NCBI GenBank assembly: GCA_021736135.1
Contig: JAIPGO010000007.1
Span: 2,589-66,588 of the forward strand
Direction of reading: 5' to 3'
Length of the DNA: 64,000 nt
Source: Candidatus Cloacimonadota bacterium
Lineage (GTDB): Bacteria > Cloacimonadota > Cloacimonadia > Cloacimonadales > TCS61
Part shown: positions 26,358 to 36,639 of the stretch, one piece after another
How the letters are laid out: each line of letters opens with the position of its first letter
Position numbering within the stretch: the stretch's first letter is position 1
Made by a program: the position numbers and the translations under genes
The notes under the pieces: generated by a model
The model's database searches: none
The model's input: the letters and a program-made list of their open reading frames with translations, nothing else
Told to the model about the DNA's origin: nothing

Positions 26358-27485
26358 GTGACACGGAAGACGGGAGATAAATTGATAATATATATTTGCT
26401 TAGCGGGAACTGCGGTTTATCTATATTATTTATGGCTGGCTCATAGAGGGTATGGTAATATTATTCCACCTCTGCCCTATACACGCTGTTTTATATCGGT
26501 GGTGATAGCAGCACGCAATGAAGCAGATAATCTGCCGGAATTGCTGTTACGGCTGAAGAACCAGAATTATCCGTCAGATCATTATGAAGTTATTCTGGTT
26601 GATGATGCGTCATCCGACGGCACAGCCGAACTGGCAGAACGCTTTGCGGAAAAATGGAGTAATCTGAAAATAATCAGAATTCAGGACAGGGACAATGCCT
26701 TATCAAAAAAGAAAAATGCTTTGCAGCAGGGGATCACTGCTGCTCAGGGAGAAATAATCATGCTCACGGATGCGGACTGTTTACCGGGCAGCAACTGGCT
26801 CAGCAGCATGGCTGGCGGTTTTACTGATAATACAGATATGGTGGTAGGATTATCCCGAACGCAGTATTATGATAAGCCCCGTTTATTTAGCGCTCAGAGT
26901 TTTGAACACTTTGATTTTCTGGCAATGTTTGCTACGGCTGGTGGATTGATTTTAAGCGGAAAATATTTTTCCTGTTCTGGACAGAATCTCGCCTATCGAA
27001 AGTCAGCCTGGGAAAAAGTAGGCGGATTCAGTAAGATTAAACATATAATTTCAGGAGATGATGTAAACCTGATGCAGTTATTTCGCCAGGCTGGTTTAAA
27101 GATCAGCTTCAATATGTCAACCGGCAGTTTTATGACCACTGCAAGTATTCAAAATTGGTGGGAACTGATCAATCAGCGAACACGCTGGTCTTCTAATACT
27201 CGTTATCAGTTAATGTTAAATCCGGAATTTTTTATCTTTCTGATGAGCGTGCTGATCATCACATTCCTGCCCTGGTTTTTATTGTTCTCGTACTTTAGTA
27301 CAGGATTAGTAGTCATACTTCTGCGATTGGCATTTGAGATGAGTTTTCTGAAATATGTATTTAAAAAATTCAAAGAACCACCCGAATCGGTTAAATTTTA
27401 TCCAGTATGGTTCATACTGCAGCCTCTATATGTTCTAATCGTGTCTACATCAGGTTTCTTTGGCTGGTTCATGTGGAAAAAGTGA
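26358..27485 (+). CDS. family 2 glycosyltransferase with TM segments
   Basis: SVVIAARNE, VDDASSDGT, TDADC, SGDD, QRTRW. Confidence 0.93.
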   Translation: MTRKTGDKLIIYICLAGTAVYLYYLWLAHRGYGNIIPPLPYTRCFISVVIAARNEADNLPELLLRLKNQNYPSDHYEVILVDDASSDGTAELAERFAEKWSNLKIIRIQDRDNALSKKKNALQQGITAAQGEIIMLTDADCLPGSNWLSSMAGGFTDNTDMVVGLSRTQYYDKPRLFSAQSFEHFDFLAMFATAGGLILSGKYFSCSGQNLAYRKSAWEKVGGFSKIKHIISGDDVNLMQLFRQAGLKISFNMSTGSFMTTASIQNWWELINQRTRWSSNTRYQLMLNPEFFIFLMSVLIITFLPWFLLFSYFSTGLVVILLRLAFEMSFLKYVFKKFKEPPESVKFYPVWFILQPLYVLIVSTSGFFGWFMWKK

Positions 27486-27493
27486 GGGTCTTT

Positions 27494-28948
27494 ATGAAAA
27501 AGTTTATATTAATACTGGCAGTGCTTGGGGTCGTCACTGCTCTCTATTCTCAAAATGATTTCAACGAATGGCTGGCAGAACAGAATAAAAATTACACTAG
27601 CTGGAAAAATCAGCAGGACAAGGATTTTACCGAATTCCTTTCCCAAAGCTGGGATAATTTTCTAACACAGCCGGCAACCGTTCGTGATACAATCCCCAAA
27701 CCCGGAAATATACCCAATCCGGTAGATCAATCCTGCCCGGACTTGATGTCTGGTAAAAAGGTTCATCTCCAGGAGATTTCGGAACCTCTGCCGCTGACCC
27801 CGGATTTTATTCAGGAAATAAATCATAATCAGCTTCTCTATGCCCTATCTGAGGGTGTTGAAACTCTACGTATTGACTATTGGGGCATTAAAATCCCATT
27901 TAACTATAATAAAAACATGAAAATTGAGGTTATGCAGAAATATGATTCCTCTGCCATAGCCGATTTCTGGGGAAAAATCAGTAACACAGACTATGAAATG
28001 CTACTTTCAGAGCTGGATAAAGCAAAAGAGCAATTCGTCCGTAACGACTGGGGATACTGCCAGATAATATATAAAGTGGGCAACGAACTTTATCAAAGTA
28101 GTGATATGGCATATCTTTTTACCTGGTTCGTCTTGACAAAAAGCAGATATGATTGCAAGATAGGGTATGATAACGCACATTTCTATCTTCTGGCAGCAAC
28201 TGGTTCCACGATTTATGAAGAACCGCATCTGGTGCTTGATGGCAGAGATTATTACAGTTTATCGCTGGATAATGGCACGATAAAGCCAGTTAATCTATAT
28301 ACGTATGAGGGCAGCTATCCTGATGCCAATGATCTGCTTGATCTCAATCTGGAAAGTTCGCCTTATCTGGAGGAAGTTATAGTCGAAAGGAAGCTGAGCT
28401 TCAGTTACGCCGACAGCACCTGGACTTTTCCTGTTAAGGGAAATCTTACTTTAGTGGAGTTTCTGGGTAGCTATCCGGCAACGGATCTGGCTGTTTACTT
28501 CCAGTCAGAGCTGTCACCGTTAGCTGAAAAATCTCTTTTTGAGGGTTTGTCACCTATCCTGGAAGGCAGAACAGAAACGGAAGCATTAAATATTCTGCTG
28601 CGTTTCGTGCAGACAGCATTTCCATATAAGACGGATGCTCAGCAGTTCGGTTCTGAGAACAGCCTGTTCCCGGATGAAACCTTGTATTATGAATATTGTG
28701 ATTGTGAAGACCGCTCATTCCTGTTTTCCAAACTGGTTGAGAAATTCCTCGGTTTAGCGGTGATCGGGCTTGATTTTCCCGGTCATATAGCCACAGCGGT
28801 GGAAATGAAAGAAGATATATCGGGAGACAAGATCAATTATAATGGCATTGATTATTTGGTGTGTGATCCAACCTATATTAACGCTGATATTGGAGTTATA
28901 ATGCCCCAGTTCACAGATACCGAACCGAAGGTTATCCAGTTCCGTTAA
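27494..28948 (+). CDS. secreted protein with C-terminal transglutaminase-like Cys-His-Asp domain
   Basis: Signal peptide MKKFILILAVLGVVTALYS; DCEDRS, PGHIATAV, CDPT. Confidence 0.75.
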   Translation: MKKFILILAVLGVVTALYSQNDFNEWLAEQNKNYTSWKNQQDKDFTEFLSQSWDNFLTQPATVRDTIPKPGNIPNPVDQSCPDLMSGKKVHLQEISEPLPLTPDFIQEINHNQLLYALSEGVETLRIDYWGIKIPFNYNKNMKIEVMQKYDSSAIADFWGKISNTDYEMLLSELDKAKEQFVRNDWGYCQIIYKVGNELYQSSDMAYLFTWFVLTKSRYDCKIGYDNAHFYLLAATGSTIYEEPHLVLDGRDYYSLSLDNGTIKPVNLYTYEGSYPDANDLLDLNLESSPYLEEVIVERKLSFSYADSTWTFPVKGNLTLVEFLGSYPATDLAVYFQSELSPLAEKSLFEGLSPILEGRTETEALNILLRFVQTAFPYKTDAQQFGSENSLFPDETLYYEYCDCEDRSFLFSKLVEKFLGLAVIGLDFPGHIATAVEMKEDISGDKINYNGIDYLVCDPTYINADIGVIMPQFTDTEPKVIQFR

Positions 28949-28969
28949 TTTAATTACGAGGGAGATATT

Positions 28970-30205
28970 ATGAAAATTGTAATTTTTGATGATGAAGCCT
29001 GCCGGAATTTTTACCCGCTCACTTACACCCGCGCTACTGGCGATTTGCGTGCCGGAGTTATGAAACTCCGCCAGCGTGTTAATTATTTTCTTGATAATGA
29101 AACTGAATATGTGATCGTTTCGGAAAACCTGAAAGAACTTTACCGGGAAAGACATCCCGACTGGAAAGTTAACTATTTACCGGAAGACGACGTGCTTCTG
29201 GTCAATTCCCGTACCCGCATCACTCGCGAACTGGCAGAAAAAATACTGAATCTGCCGCTGGATCACTATCTCACTAATAATAAAAGCCTGGTTGCCGTTC
29301 GCCTGGAAGCAGATGAACAGGAATTGCATGCTGAGCAGGTAGATGCTTTACTGATAGCGATGCATGAAGAGGAAATTGATGGAAATTGCCTCTGGAACTG
29401 GCTCTGGGAGCTAATCGCCGAAAATGGCAACCTGATCACTCAGGATTTTAATGAAATTTTTGCCGATAAGGATAATTCGCTGGTTACGGAACTGGGTGTC
29501 ACAGTTCTGGATCCCTATAACTGCTGGATAGGTGAGGGTGCTGTTCTGAAACCGGGAGTCGTTATTGATGCCTCCGGAGGACCAGTAATAATTGACGAAG
29601 GGGCAGAGATCATGCCTAATGCAGTGATAATTGGTCCCGTCTATATTGGGAAAAAAACCCGCATTAAGATCGGTGCCAGGATATATCAAAATAATACTTT
29701 CGGTCCTGACTGCCGGATTGGCGGTGAAGTGGAAGGCTGCATAATCCAGGGATTTTCTAATAAGCAGCATGACGGTTTTCTGGGACACTGCTTTCTGGGA
29801 GAATGGGTAAATCTAGGAGCCGGCACCAACAACAGCGACCTGAAAAATAATTATCAGCCTGTAAGTGTGCACAGCATACATCACAATGAAAAACTGGAAA
29901 CCGGAATGCAGTTCCTGGGAGCATTGATCGGAGATCATTGCAAAACAGGCATCAATAGCACTATCAATTCCGGTTCGGTTATCGGTTTTGGTTGCAATAT
30001 TTATGGTGAAACAATGGTGCGTGACTATATTCCCAATCTTCGCTGGGGACAAGTATCCAAATTATACAGTTACCAGAAGGATAAATTCCTGGAGACGGTG
30101 GAAAGAGTAAAGAGCCGGCGCGGATTAACACTCACTGATGTAGAGAAAGAACTTTACATAAAGCTGGAGCATCCGGAAGCTGACAACGATAGATTTAGTG
30201 AATAA
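28970..30205 (+). CDS. GlmU-like sugar nucleotidyltransferase/acyltransferase (hexapeptide repeats)
   Basis: FYPLTYTRATGDLRAG, LbH repeats, NKQHDGFLGH...GEWVNLGAGTNNSDLKNNY. Confidence 0.88.
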   Translation: MKIVIFDDEACRNFYPLTYTRATGDLRAGVMKLRQRVNYFLDNETEYVIVSENLKELYRERHPDWKVNYLPEDDVLLVNSRTRITRELAEKILNLPLDHYLTNNKSLVAVRLEADEQELHAEQVDALLIAMHEEEIDGNCLWNWLWELIAENGNLITQDFNEIFADKDNSLVTELGVTVLDPYNCWIGEGAVLKPGVVIDASGGPVIIDEGAEIMPNAVIIGPVYIGKKTRIKIGARIYQNNTFGPDCRIGGEVEGCIIQGFSNKQHDGFLGHCFLGEWVNLGAGTNNSDLKNNYQPVSVHSIHHNEKLETGMQFLGALIGDHCKTGINSTINSGSVIGFGCNIYGETMVRDYIPNLRWGQVSKLYSYQKDKFLETVERVKSRRGLTLTDVEKELYIKLEHPEADNDRFSE

Positions 30206-30243
30206 GTAACTTACGCTATTTAGCTAAGTTACAGGAGAAATTA

Positions 30244-31086
30244 ATGAATGAATTCATAGAAATATTATTCCGGTCACAAAGGATCGGATATTTTGCTAAT
30301 GTCCATAACCTGCCGCTGGAACCGGAGCAACAGGTAATCTGCCGGGTCGAAAGGGGTGAAGATATCGGTAAGGTGATAAATTGTGCCTATCGGGATGAAA
30401 GTCTTGATGAACGCCTGGAAAAAGGTGATATTAGTCCGATAGTGCGTATCGCCACAGATACCGATCTGGAACAGATCATTCACATCGAAGAAAGAGAACT
30501 GGAAGCACGTACGAAATTTCTTAGTTTAGTAGTGAAATACCCCTTTGAAATGAAGCTGCTGGAAACAGTATATCAGTTTGACGGTAATAAACTTACTTTC
30601 TTCTTTTCTTCCGAAGGCCGAGTAGATTTTCGGGAATTTGTCAGGGAACTGGCAACCGAGTTTCGCACGCGGATTGAGTTACATCAAACTTCCGGCAGAG
30701 AAGATGCCAAGCGATATGGCGGATATGGCATGTGCGGCTGCGAATACTGCTGCGTCGCTTTCTTGAGAAAATTTAACCAGGTCAGCATTCAGATGGCAAA
30801 AGATCAGAACCTGATCGGTAATCTGAGTAAAATAAGCGGACCTTGTGGAAGATTGCTGTGCTGCCTGCATTATGAAGAAGATTTTTACCTGAAAAAAATA
30901 GAGGAATTTCCCGTTATCGGAGAATACCTGAAACGTAATGGCAAGAGGTGCTATGTGATCAAGAATGACTATTATAATGATCAGATATATTTGAAACCTC
31001 CCGATGATGACGTGGAGATAATCACCTTTGACCAGTATAAAAAATTAAAGAAACTGGAAACGACGGAAATAGTAGAAGAAGAATAG
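30244..31086 (+). CDS. PSP1/RicT (YaaT) family protein
   Basis: RVDFREFVRELA, GMCGCEYCC, MAKDQNL, KISGPCGRLLCCLHYE. Confidence 0.92.
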   Translation: MNEFIEILFRSQRIGYFANVHNLPLEPEQQVICRVERGEDIGKVINCAYRDESLDERLEKGDISPIVRIATDTDLEQIIHIEERELEARTKFLSLVVKYPFEMKLLETVYQFDGNKLTFFFSSEGRVDFREFVRELATEFRTRIELHQTSGREDAKRYGGYGMCGCEYCCVAFLRKFNQVSIQMAKDQNLIGNLSKISGPCGRLLCCLHYEEDFYLKKIEEFPVIGEYLKRNGKRCYVIKNDYYNDQIYLKPPDDDVEIITFDQYKKLKKLETTEIVEEE

Positions 31087-32136
31087 ATGAGTAAAATTTC
31101 GCTCTGGTCGCTGCTACCGGAAGAACTTGATGCTCAGCTTATTCAGGCAGGTTATAAGAAATTCCGCAGCCAGCAGATATTACTGTGGCTATATAAGCAA
31201 AATGCCCGCAGCTTTACCGCTATGACCAATCTCGATAAAAAAAGCAGAGATGAGCTGGATAATCTTTATTCTCTTTACCTGCCGGAAGTTGCTGAGGAAC
31301 AGGTTTCCCAGGATGGAACCAGAAAATTCCTGCTGCAGCTTCAGGATGCTAATTATATTGAAATGGTGCTTATTCCCGGGATTGAGAAACTCACCCTGTG
31401 CATTTCCTCACAAGTCGGCTGCTCACGCGGCTGTCAGTTCTGCGCCACCAGCCGTCTGGGTCTTACCCGCAATTTGAATACTGATGAAATTATTGGGCAG
31501 ATCATTAAAGCCGGCCAGTTGACTGCTCCTCAAAAAATTACCAATATCGTATTTATGGGTATGGGTGAACCACTTGATAATCTGGATACCGTGATAAAAT
31601 CCATAAACATCCTGCAGCACGAACGCACCCTCGCTTTCAGTCCGCGACGGGTTACGGTTTCCACCTGCGGCATTGTGCCCGGCATTTTAAAACTCGCCGA
31701 TACCGGCGTGAAAATGAAACTGGCAGTTTCGCTTAATGCTGCTCTGGATGAAAAAAGAGAAATACTGATGCCCGTGAATCAGCGTTATCCGCTAGCGCAG
31801 CTCAAACCGGCACTACTCTATTTCAGTCGTAGATCTCCCCATCGCATTACTTTTGAATATGTGCTCATTAAAAATTTTAATATGGCGAAGGAAGATATGA
31901 AAGCCCTGCGCGCTTTTACTGGTGATATTTCTTCCAAGATTAACATCATTCCCTGGAATCCCGTACCGGGAAGCAGTTGGCAAGCACCCTCTGCGGAAGA
32001 AGTTGCCGCTTTCCAGCAGGAACTTTATAAAACATCTAATGTCGCTGTAACCTTACGTAACAGCCGGGGACAGGATATCAGCGCTGCCTGCGGCATGCTG
32101 GCTGGAAAAAAGAAAAAAGAAGAACAAAAAATATAG
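31087..32136 (+). CDS. rlmN: 23S rRNA m2A2503 radical SAM methyltransferase RlmN
   Basis: CISSQVGCSRGCQFCAT, VFMGMGEPL, ITFEYV, DISAACGML. Confidence 0.96.
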   Translation: MSKISLWSLLPEELDAQLIQAGYKKFRSQQILLWLYKQNARSFTAMTNLDKKSRDELDNLYSLYLPEVAEEQVSQDGTRKFLLQLQDANYIEMVLIPGIEKLTLCISSQVGCSRGCQFCATSRLGLTRNLNTDEIIGQIIKAGQLTAPQKITNIVFMGMGEPLDNLDTVIKSINILQHERTLAFSPRRVTVSTCGIVPGILKLADTGVKMKLAVSLNAALDEKREILMPVNQRYPLAQLKPALLYFSRRSPHRITFEYVLIKNFNMAKEDMKALRAFTGDISSKINIIPWNPVPGSSWQAPSAEEVAAFQQELYKTSNVAVTLRNSRGQDISAACGMLAGKKKKEEQKI

Positions 32137-32255
32137 GACTTATAGGAACAATAGGACTTATAAGAACAAAGACTGGCATCCCCCCGTTTTATTATTCAGG
32201 ACATGTGGTAACTTCTTATTTTATAGAGTAATATTTAGGATTTATCTCTTATAAT

Positions 32256-32443
32256 TCCCGGTACGGGATATATTTGTATAGCGTAAGGTTGCACCGCAGG
32301 TGCTACCTTATGTAAAAAATGAAACACCCCCCCACCCCATCGGCGCTGCGCGCCGATGGGGTGGGGGAGGAATGCATCATTCATAAGGTAGTCTCGGAGT
32401 ACCGAGCCAACCTTACGCTATACAAATATGTCCCTTTCAGGGA
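32256..32443. repeat. nested multi-hairpin palindromic element (REP/MITE-like)
   Basis: Outer arms 32265-32291 and 32408-32434 match 26/27, inner CTACCTTATG/CATAAGGTAG, central 18-bp GC stem, small terminal TCCC..GGGA hairpins. Confidence 0.88.
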
Positions 32444-32899
32444 AATGAAACTCTACAACAGGAGAGAAATTTAAAAATTTCGGGGAGATGCGAATATATG
32501 AACAAAGACAATTGCCAGACTGAAATATTGACCATAGGCCTATACCCACCTTATGCAATTGGATTTCACAAAATGGGTTTAACTAAGTTTATTTTTCACT
32601 TTTCAACCACCAAAAATATTTTTTGTGGCTGTAGTAATGCCGGATATCTGTGTTTGAATAGCTAATTCATTTAATAATAATAAAATAGATGTCAATTTCC
32701 CTGCTCGTTTGCGAAATAGGTTAGGGGGTCTTGGGAAAATTAGTCGGGTTGTACCGCTGACACATCTCCGGTAGTGGAAAGAGAACAGCGATAGATCAGT
32801 ATCCTGCGTTTATGCAATTCCTGGAAAACCTCTTTAAAAAAAAATCTCTGTATCTATTTTCATTGTTGAATGCTATTTGTACTTATAAGGTTTGTATTT

Positions 32900-32981
32900 G
32901 GTTGGTATAAAAAGTCACAACAAGACACAATATGGCATTATTTTGCTATATTGTGTCTTGTTGTGGCTATTTATACTAACC
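32900..32981. repeat. 82-bp AT-rich inverted repeat (38-bp arms, 6-nt loop)
   Basis: ggttggtataaaaagtcacaacaagacacaatatggca-ttattt-tgctatattgtgtcttgttgtggctatttatactaacc, 4 mismatches. Confidence 0.9.
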
Positions 32982-33238
32982 TTATACTCTCCTATGGGGC
33001 ACCTTAGTCTTTTTATCTATAAATAACAATAGTTTATTAGCAGACCTATACGCCTTGGGAATTATAAAAATAAAATAATCTGATTTTTAAAAAAAGCAGC
33101 AATTTTTGATAAATGATAAAATGCAAATACTTCCTATTGATTTATGCCTAGTATTGTTAATTTGAGAGTTTTACTTGACAGGCAATTCAATATAATAGAA
33201 GTTTTAATTGGAACAGGAGGTTAAAGGATGCCAACAGG

Positions 33239-34897
33239 ATGAGATTGATAATATTGCTTTTACTCATATTATTCATATCTGCAGGGGCAATGCAAATCAG
33301 AATAGGTGAATCCAAAGCAGAAAACTGGGTTGGCATTATGACTGAACAAATCGATCAGTATCCTTGGGGAAGAGCAACCTGCAGTAATATTCATTTTATT
33401 TTACAGGAAACTAAATGCAAGTATTATGGGTCAGAAGTTCCTGATTTTTCTCAATCTATCGAACTGGATTCAACTCTGGCTAAAGGAGAGATATTAATCA
33501 TAATCTCACACAGATTGGATCGCGGAGAGTCTTATTATGAAGGAATTTTACTACCAGAAAATGAACGAGTGATCTTTCGTGAGAAGGATTGCTTAACAAC
33601 CCGTCCGTTTATTCTGGAAGTGAATAACGGGCATATAGAAGATTTAGGGAACTTCAACAAAGTAGAATTCCAACTCAGCGTTTATTTTTCTGCCAGGCGA
33701 TCAATTAATATGAGGAGAGATAATGTATATAGTGATTACATCCGCCTGCATCAACTAGCCGGAATAATTATAAATGCTCTGGAAGACTCAAAAATTTATC
33801 AAATCTATATTCCGCAGATATCTGCTGAAAAGGATACTATAGTGAAAGCCGAAGGCAGGTACTTGAAAGAAATTTACGAATATAACTTTGAGGCACATTT
33901 TAAAAAGTCTGATCTGGATTTATATTTTGATCTGTTAAAATCCATTGCCTGTAACGATAAAATCCCTTATGAACTTAAGGATTCGATATTATCCCGTTAC
34001 ATGGACAATTATTTTACATTCTATTCAGATACCGAAGTTGCTGCCGCTGAATATCTGCAATTCCTTTTAAAAATTATTGATATTTATTCTCACAAACCTG
34101 TAGATAACCTGGAAATTGATCAACAAGCTATGCATAATGCCAGAGAGAATTGTGAAATTAAGGGAATAATATCAAATGATGAGCTTTTTCAATTTTCACA
34201 GAGAGTACTCACATTAGACAAAAATCCTATTGTAAATTTCCAGGCCTGGAGCGCAATGACAATTTTCTATCTGAATCAAGATAAATTAATAGAGGCGATT
34301 GAAATTGCAGATGAGGCTATCTCAAAATATGATATCGAGATAGGCTGGAAATATAATAAGATTCCAAGGCATTTGAATTCCGAACCTGCCATCAATTGTC
34401 TTGTTTATCTGATCAGGAATTGTGATGATCCAAAGGAAATCTTGAAAACAATTGATCATTTTTATAACATTTCTGTTTCTTTGCCGGAATTTCAAGAATA
34501 TCTTCTTATTATTCGAGCTCATATTATAGGTCTTACTGATGCCCCGCTGGAAGAGGTGCTCCGTACTTTTAAAGAAATAGATTATACAAAGGAATCCAGG
34601 TTCGAGTTTTATGGGTTAAAAGATTATCAGGAAACCGGTTATTTTCAATATAAGAACGAGAATCATCTAAATTTACTTCAAAACGAAAAACGGGAAAAAA
34701 TCGTTTTAAATGGAACATATCAAACCAGAAAATATCTTCTCAGCAAGCAGTTGGAACTAATGAACCTGACAGAGAACGATGCTATCTATGTTATACAGCA
34801 AAAGCCTCTGGGAATAAAAATGAAATATGATCCTCTGGAATTTGATCGCTGGCAGAAAGTTGAAATTAACGGGGATATAAATTGGATAAAGAAGTAA
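33239..34897 (+). CDS. exported protein of unknown family, paralog module A
   Basis: Signal peptide; family motifs FILQETKCKY..LDSTLAKGEIL, SIACNDKIPYELK, LPEFQEYL, WQKVEINGDINWI. Confidence 0.85.
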   Translation: MRLIILLLLILFISAGAMQIRIGESKAENWVGIMTEQIDQYPWGRATCSNIHFILQETKCKYYGSEVPDFSQSIELDSTLAKGEILIIISHRLDRGESYYEGILLPENERVIFREKDCLTTRPFILEVNNGHIEDLGNFNKVEFQLSVYFSARRSINMRRDNVYSDYIRLHQLAGIIINALEDSKIYQIYIPQISAEKDTIVKAEGRYLKEIYEYNFEAHFKKSDLDLYFDLLKSIACNDKIPYELKDSILSRYMDNYFTFYSDTEVAAAEYLQFLLKIIDIYSHKPVDNLEIDQQAMHNARENCEIKGIISNDELFQFSQRVLTLDKNPIVNFQAWSAMTIFYLNQDKLIEAIEIADEAISKYDIEIGWKYNKIPRHLNSEPAINCLVYLIRNCDDPKEILKTIDHFYNISVSLPEFQEYLLIIRAHIIGLTDAPLEEVLRTFKEIDYTKESRFEFYGLKDYQETGYFQYKNENHLNLLQNEKREKIVLNGTYQTRKYLLSKQLELMNLTENDAIYVIQQKPLGIKMKYDPLEFDRWQKVEINGDINWIKK

Positions 34898-34902
34898 AAA
34901 AT

Positions 34903-36624
34903 ATGCAAAAAAATAAGAAATTACTGATTATGGTCATAATCATTTTATGTCTTGCAATTACAAATCTGGTCTATGTTACTCATAAAAGCATCAATCATTA
35001 CAGGAAACTGAATAATCTTTCACCGATCGAACCCTGGAATGAGGTGAGAAAACCGGTAATACGTTATGTTAACTCACCTGAACAGGACAGAATTGAAGAA
35101 TCTAAAAAACCAATCATTTTTTTAGCTCTAAAAGAGTTTGAATGTAAATATATTAAGCCAAAACAACTGGATTTATCAGAAGATATTGTACTGGATGCAG
35201 TTATCGCTCCTGGCGAACTTTTGATTGAAAAATCTCAGATACTGATCGATCAAAACAGATTATTCTATTTAGCAAAAAAGAAAAGCGACGGCAAGACAGT
35301 ATTGTTTGATCTAAATTCAGGACCGGAAGGCTATCCCTTTGGAAAGCATCCGAATACAGAGCTAAGTAATCTATTCGATAAACTGGATGCCGGTGAAATA
35401 TTGATAAGTATGTATTATTATCAAGGAAGACATCATTTTAATAATTTTTCTGATGAATTAAAGAAGTGTGTATATGATTTGAAAGATAGCCTGATTGAAA
35501 AACATACATATAAGATATTCATTCAACCTGATTCTAAGGAAAAGGGTAAACTCCATAAGATTAAAGGAAGGTTTCTGAAAGATCTGCTGGAATATGATGA
35601 TATGAAAAAGAAATCCGGCTTTCCTGAACCGAATATATTTGATCTCAGGGAATCAATAGCAACGAATGATAAGATTGCTTATGAATTTAAGAGCAGTATC
35701 ATTGGAGAATACATAAATTACTTTTTCAAAATAGATAAAAATAACCATCCTTCGAAGGAAAAATACTTTGACTTTCTGATAAAACTGGTAATTGAATATC
35801 CTCATAAGCCTTTTTCACCAGGTTTTGTTCCCAAATATGAAATAGACCAGCATGCCGTAGTATCAGCATTATCATATTATGAAGGCAGAGATGAGATCAA
35901 TGCTAACGACCTTATTGATTTTTGTGACAGAGTAATAGCAGTTTCCAGAAATCCCAAAGCCATTTTAAGGGCTTATGCAGCCAAAACCTTTGCATATCTT
36001 GATCTTGGTGACCCGGATCAGGCAAAAAATATTGCTGTGGAAGCTCTGAATTTATATGATGAGCCATATATACAGGATCATAGAGCCGGAGTATTGAATG
36101 GTCGAGCAGCAGTATATTACCTGGGATATTTGATCCGGAATAGAATAGATCCTGAAACTGTTTTTGAACAAATTGAATTCTTTAATAAAATGGCAGCCAG
36201 CCTGCCGGATTTTCAAAATGATCTTCTTTTCATTAAAGCAATTATGACAGATTTAACTGCGAATTCTGTAGAGGATGTGATAGCAGTATATTCTCAGGTA
36301 AATTGTGATTGGATTCATGGATCAAATTCTCATGACAAGTGCAAATATGGTATTGGTCTAATGCAAATGAAAAGCTCTTACGGCGCGATTAAAACTCTTC
36401 AGTATCAAGTTAAAGAGAAATTGACGTTCAACCAACCATTCTCAGCCAAAAAATATCTGCTGGCAAAAGAAGAAATGACATTAAATGAATCCGGGGCGAT
36501 GGATGTTACGATAATTCAACATGAATTACCTCAAACAGAAAGAAATATAGCTCCAAACGATGCATCTTCCTGGAAAAAGGCAGAAATAAACGGTAAAATA
36601 TTCTGGATCCAGATAGCAGATTGA
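34903..36624 (+). CDS. membrane-anchored/exported protein of unknown family, paralog module B
   Basis: N-terminal hydrophobic segment; IFLALKEFECKY..APGELL, LRESIATNDKIAYEFK, WKKAEINGKIFWI. Confidence 0.85.
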   Translation: MQKNKKLLIMVIIILCLAITNLVYVTHKSINHYRKLNNLSPIEPWNEVRKPVIRYVNSPEQDRIEESKKPIIFLALKEFECKYIKPKQLDLSEDIVLDAVIAPGELLIEKSQILIDQNRLFYLAKKKSDGKTVLFDLNSGPEGYPFGKHPNTELSNLFDKLDAGEILISMYYYQGRHHFNNFSDELKKCVYDLKDSLIEKHTYKIFIQPDSKEKGKLHKIKGRFLKDLLEYDDMKKKSGFPEPNIFDLRESIATNDKIAYEFKSSIIGEYINYFFKIDKNNHPSKEKYFDFLIKLVIEYPHKPFSPGFVPKYEIDQHAVVSALSYYEGRDEINANDLIDFCDRVIAVSRNPKAILRAYAAKTFAYLDLGDPDQAKNIAVEALNLYDEPYIQDHRAGVLNGRAAVYYLGYLIRNRIDPETVFEQIEFFNKMAASLPDFQNDLLFIKAIMTDLTANSVEDVIAVYSQVNCDWIHGSNSHDKCKYGIGLMQMKSSYGAIKTLQYQVKEKLTFNQPFSAKKYLLAKEEMTLNESGAMDVTIIQHELPQTERNIAPNDASSWKKAEINGKIFWIQIAD

Positions 36625-36639
36625 GAAAAGGATAAAGAT

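Noticed and set aside
30244-31086. RicT/PSP1 as evidence of sporulation or competence
   Set aside because: PSP1-domain proteins are widespread outside Firmicutes; this is ordinary.
32445-32890. transposase remnant upstream of the paralog array
   Set aside because: No recognisable transposase motif, and the frames I read contain multiple stops.
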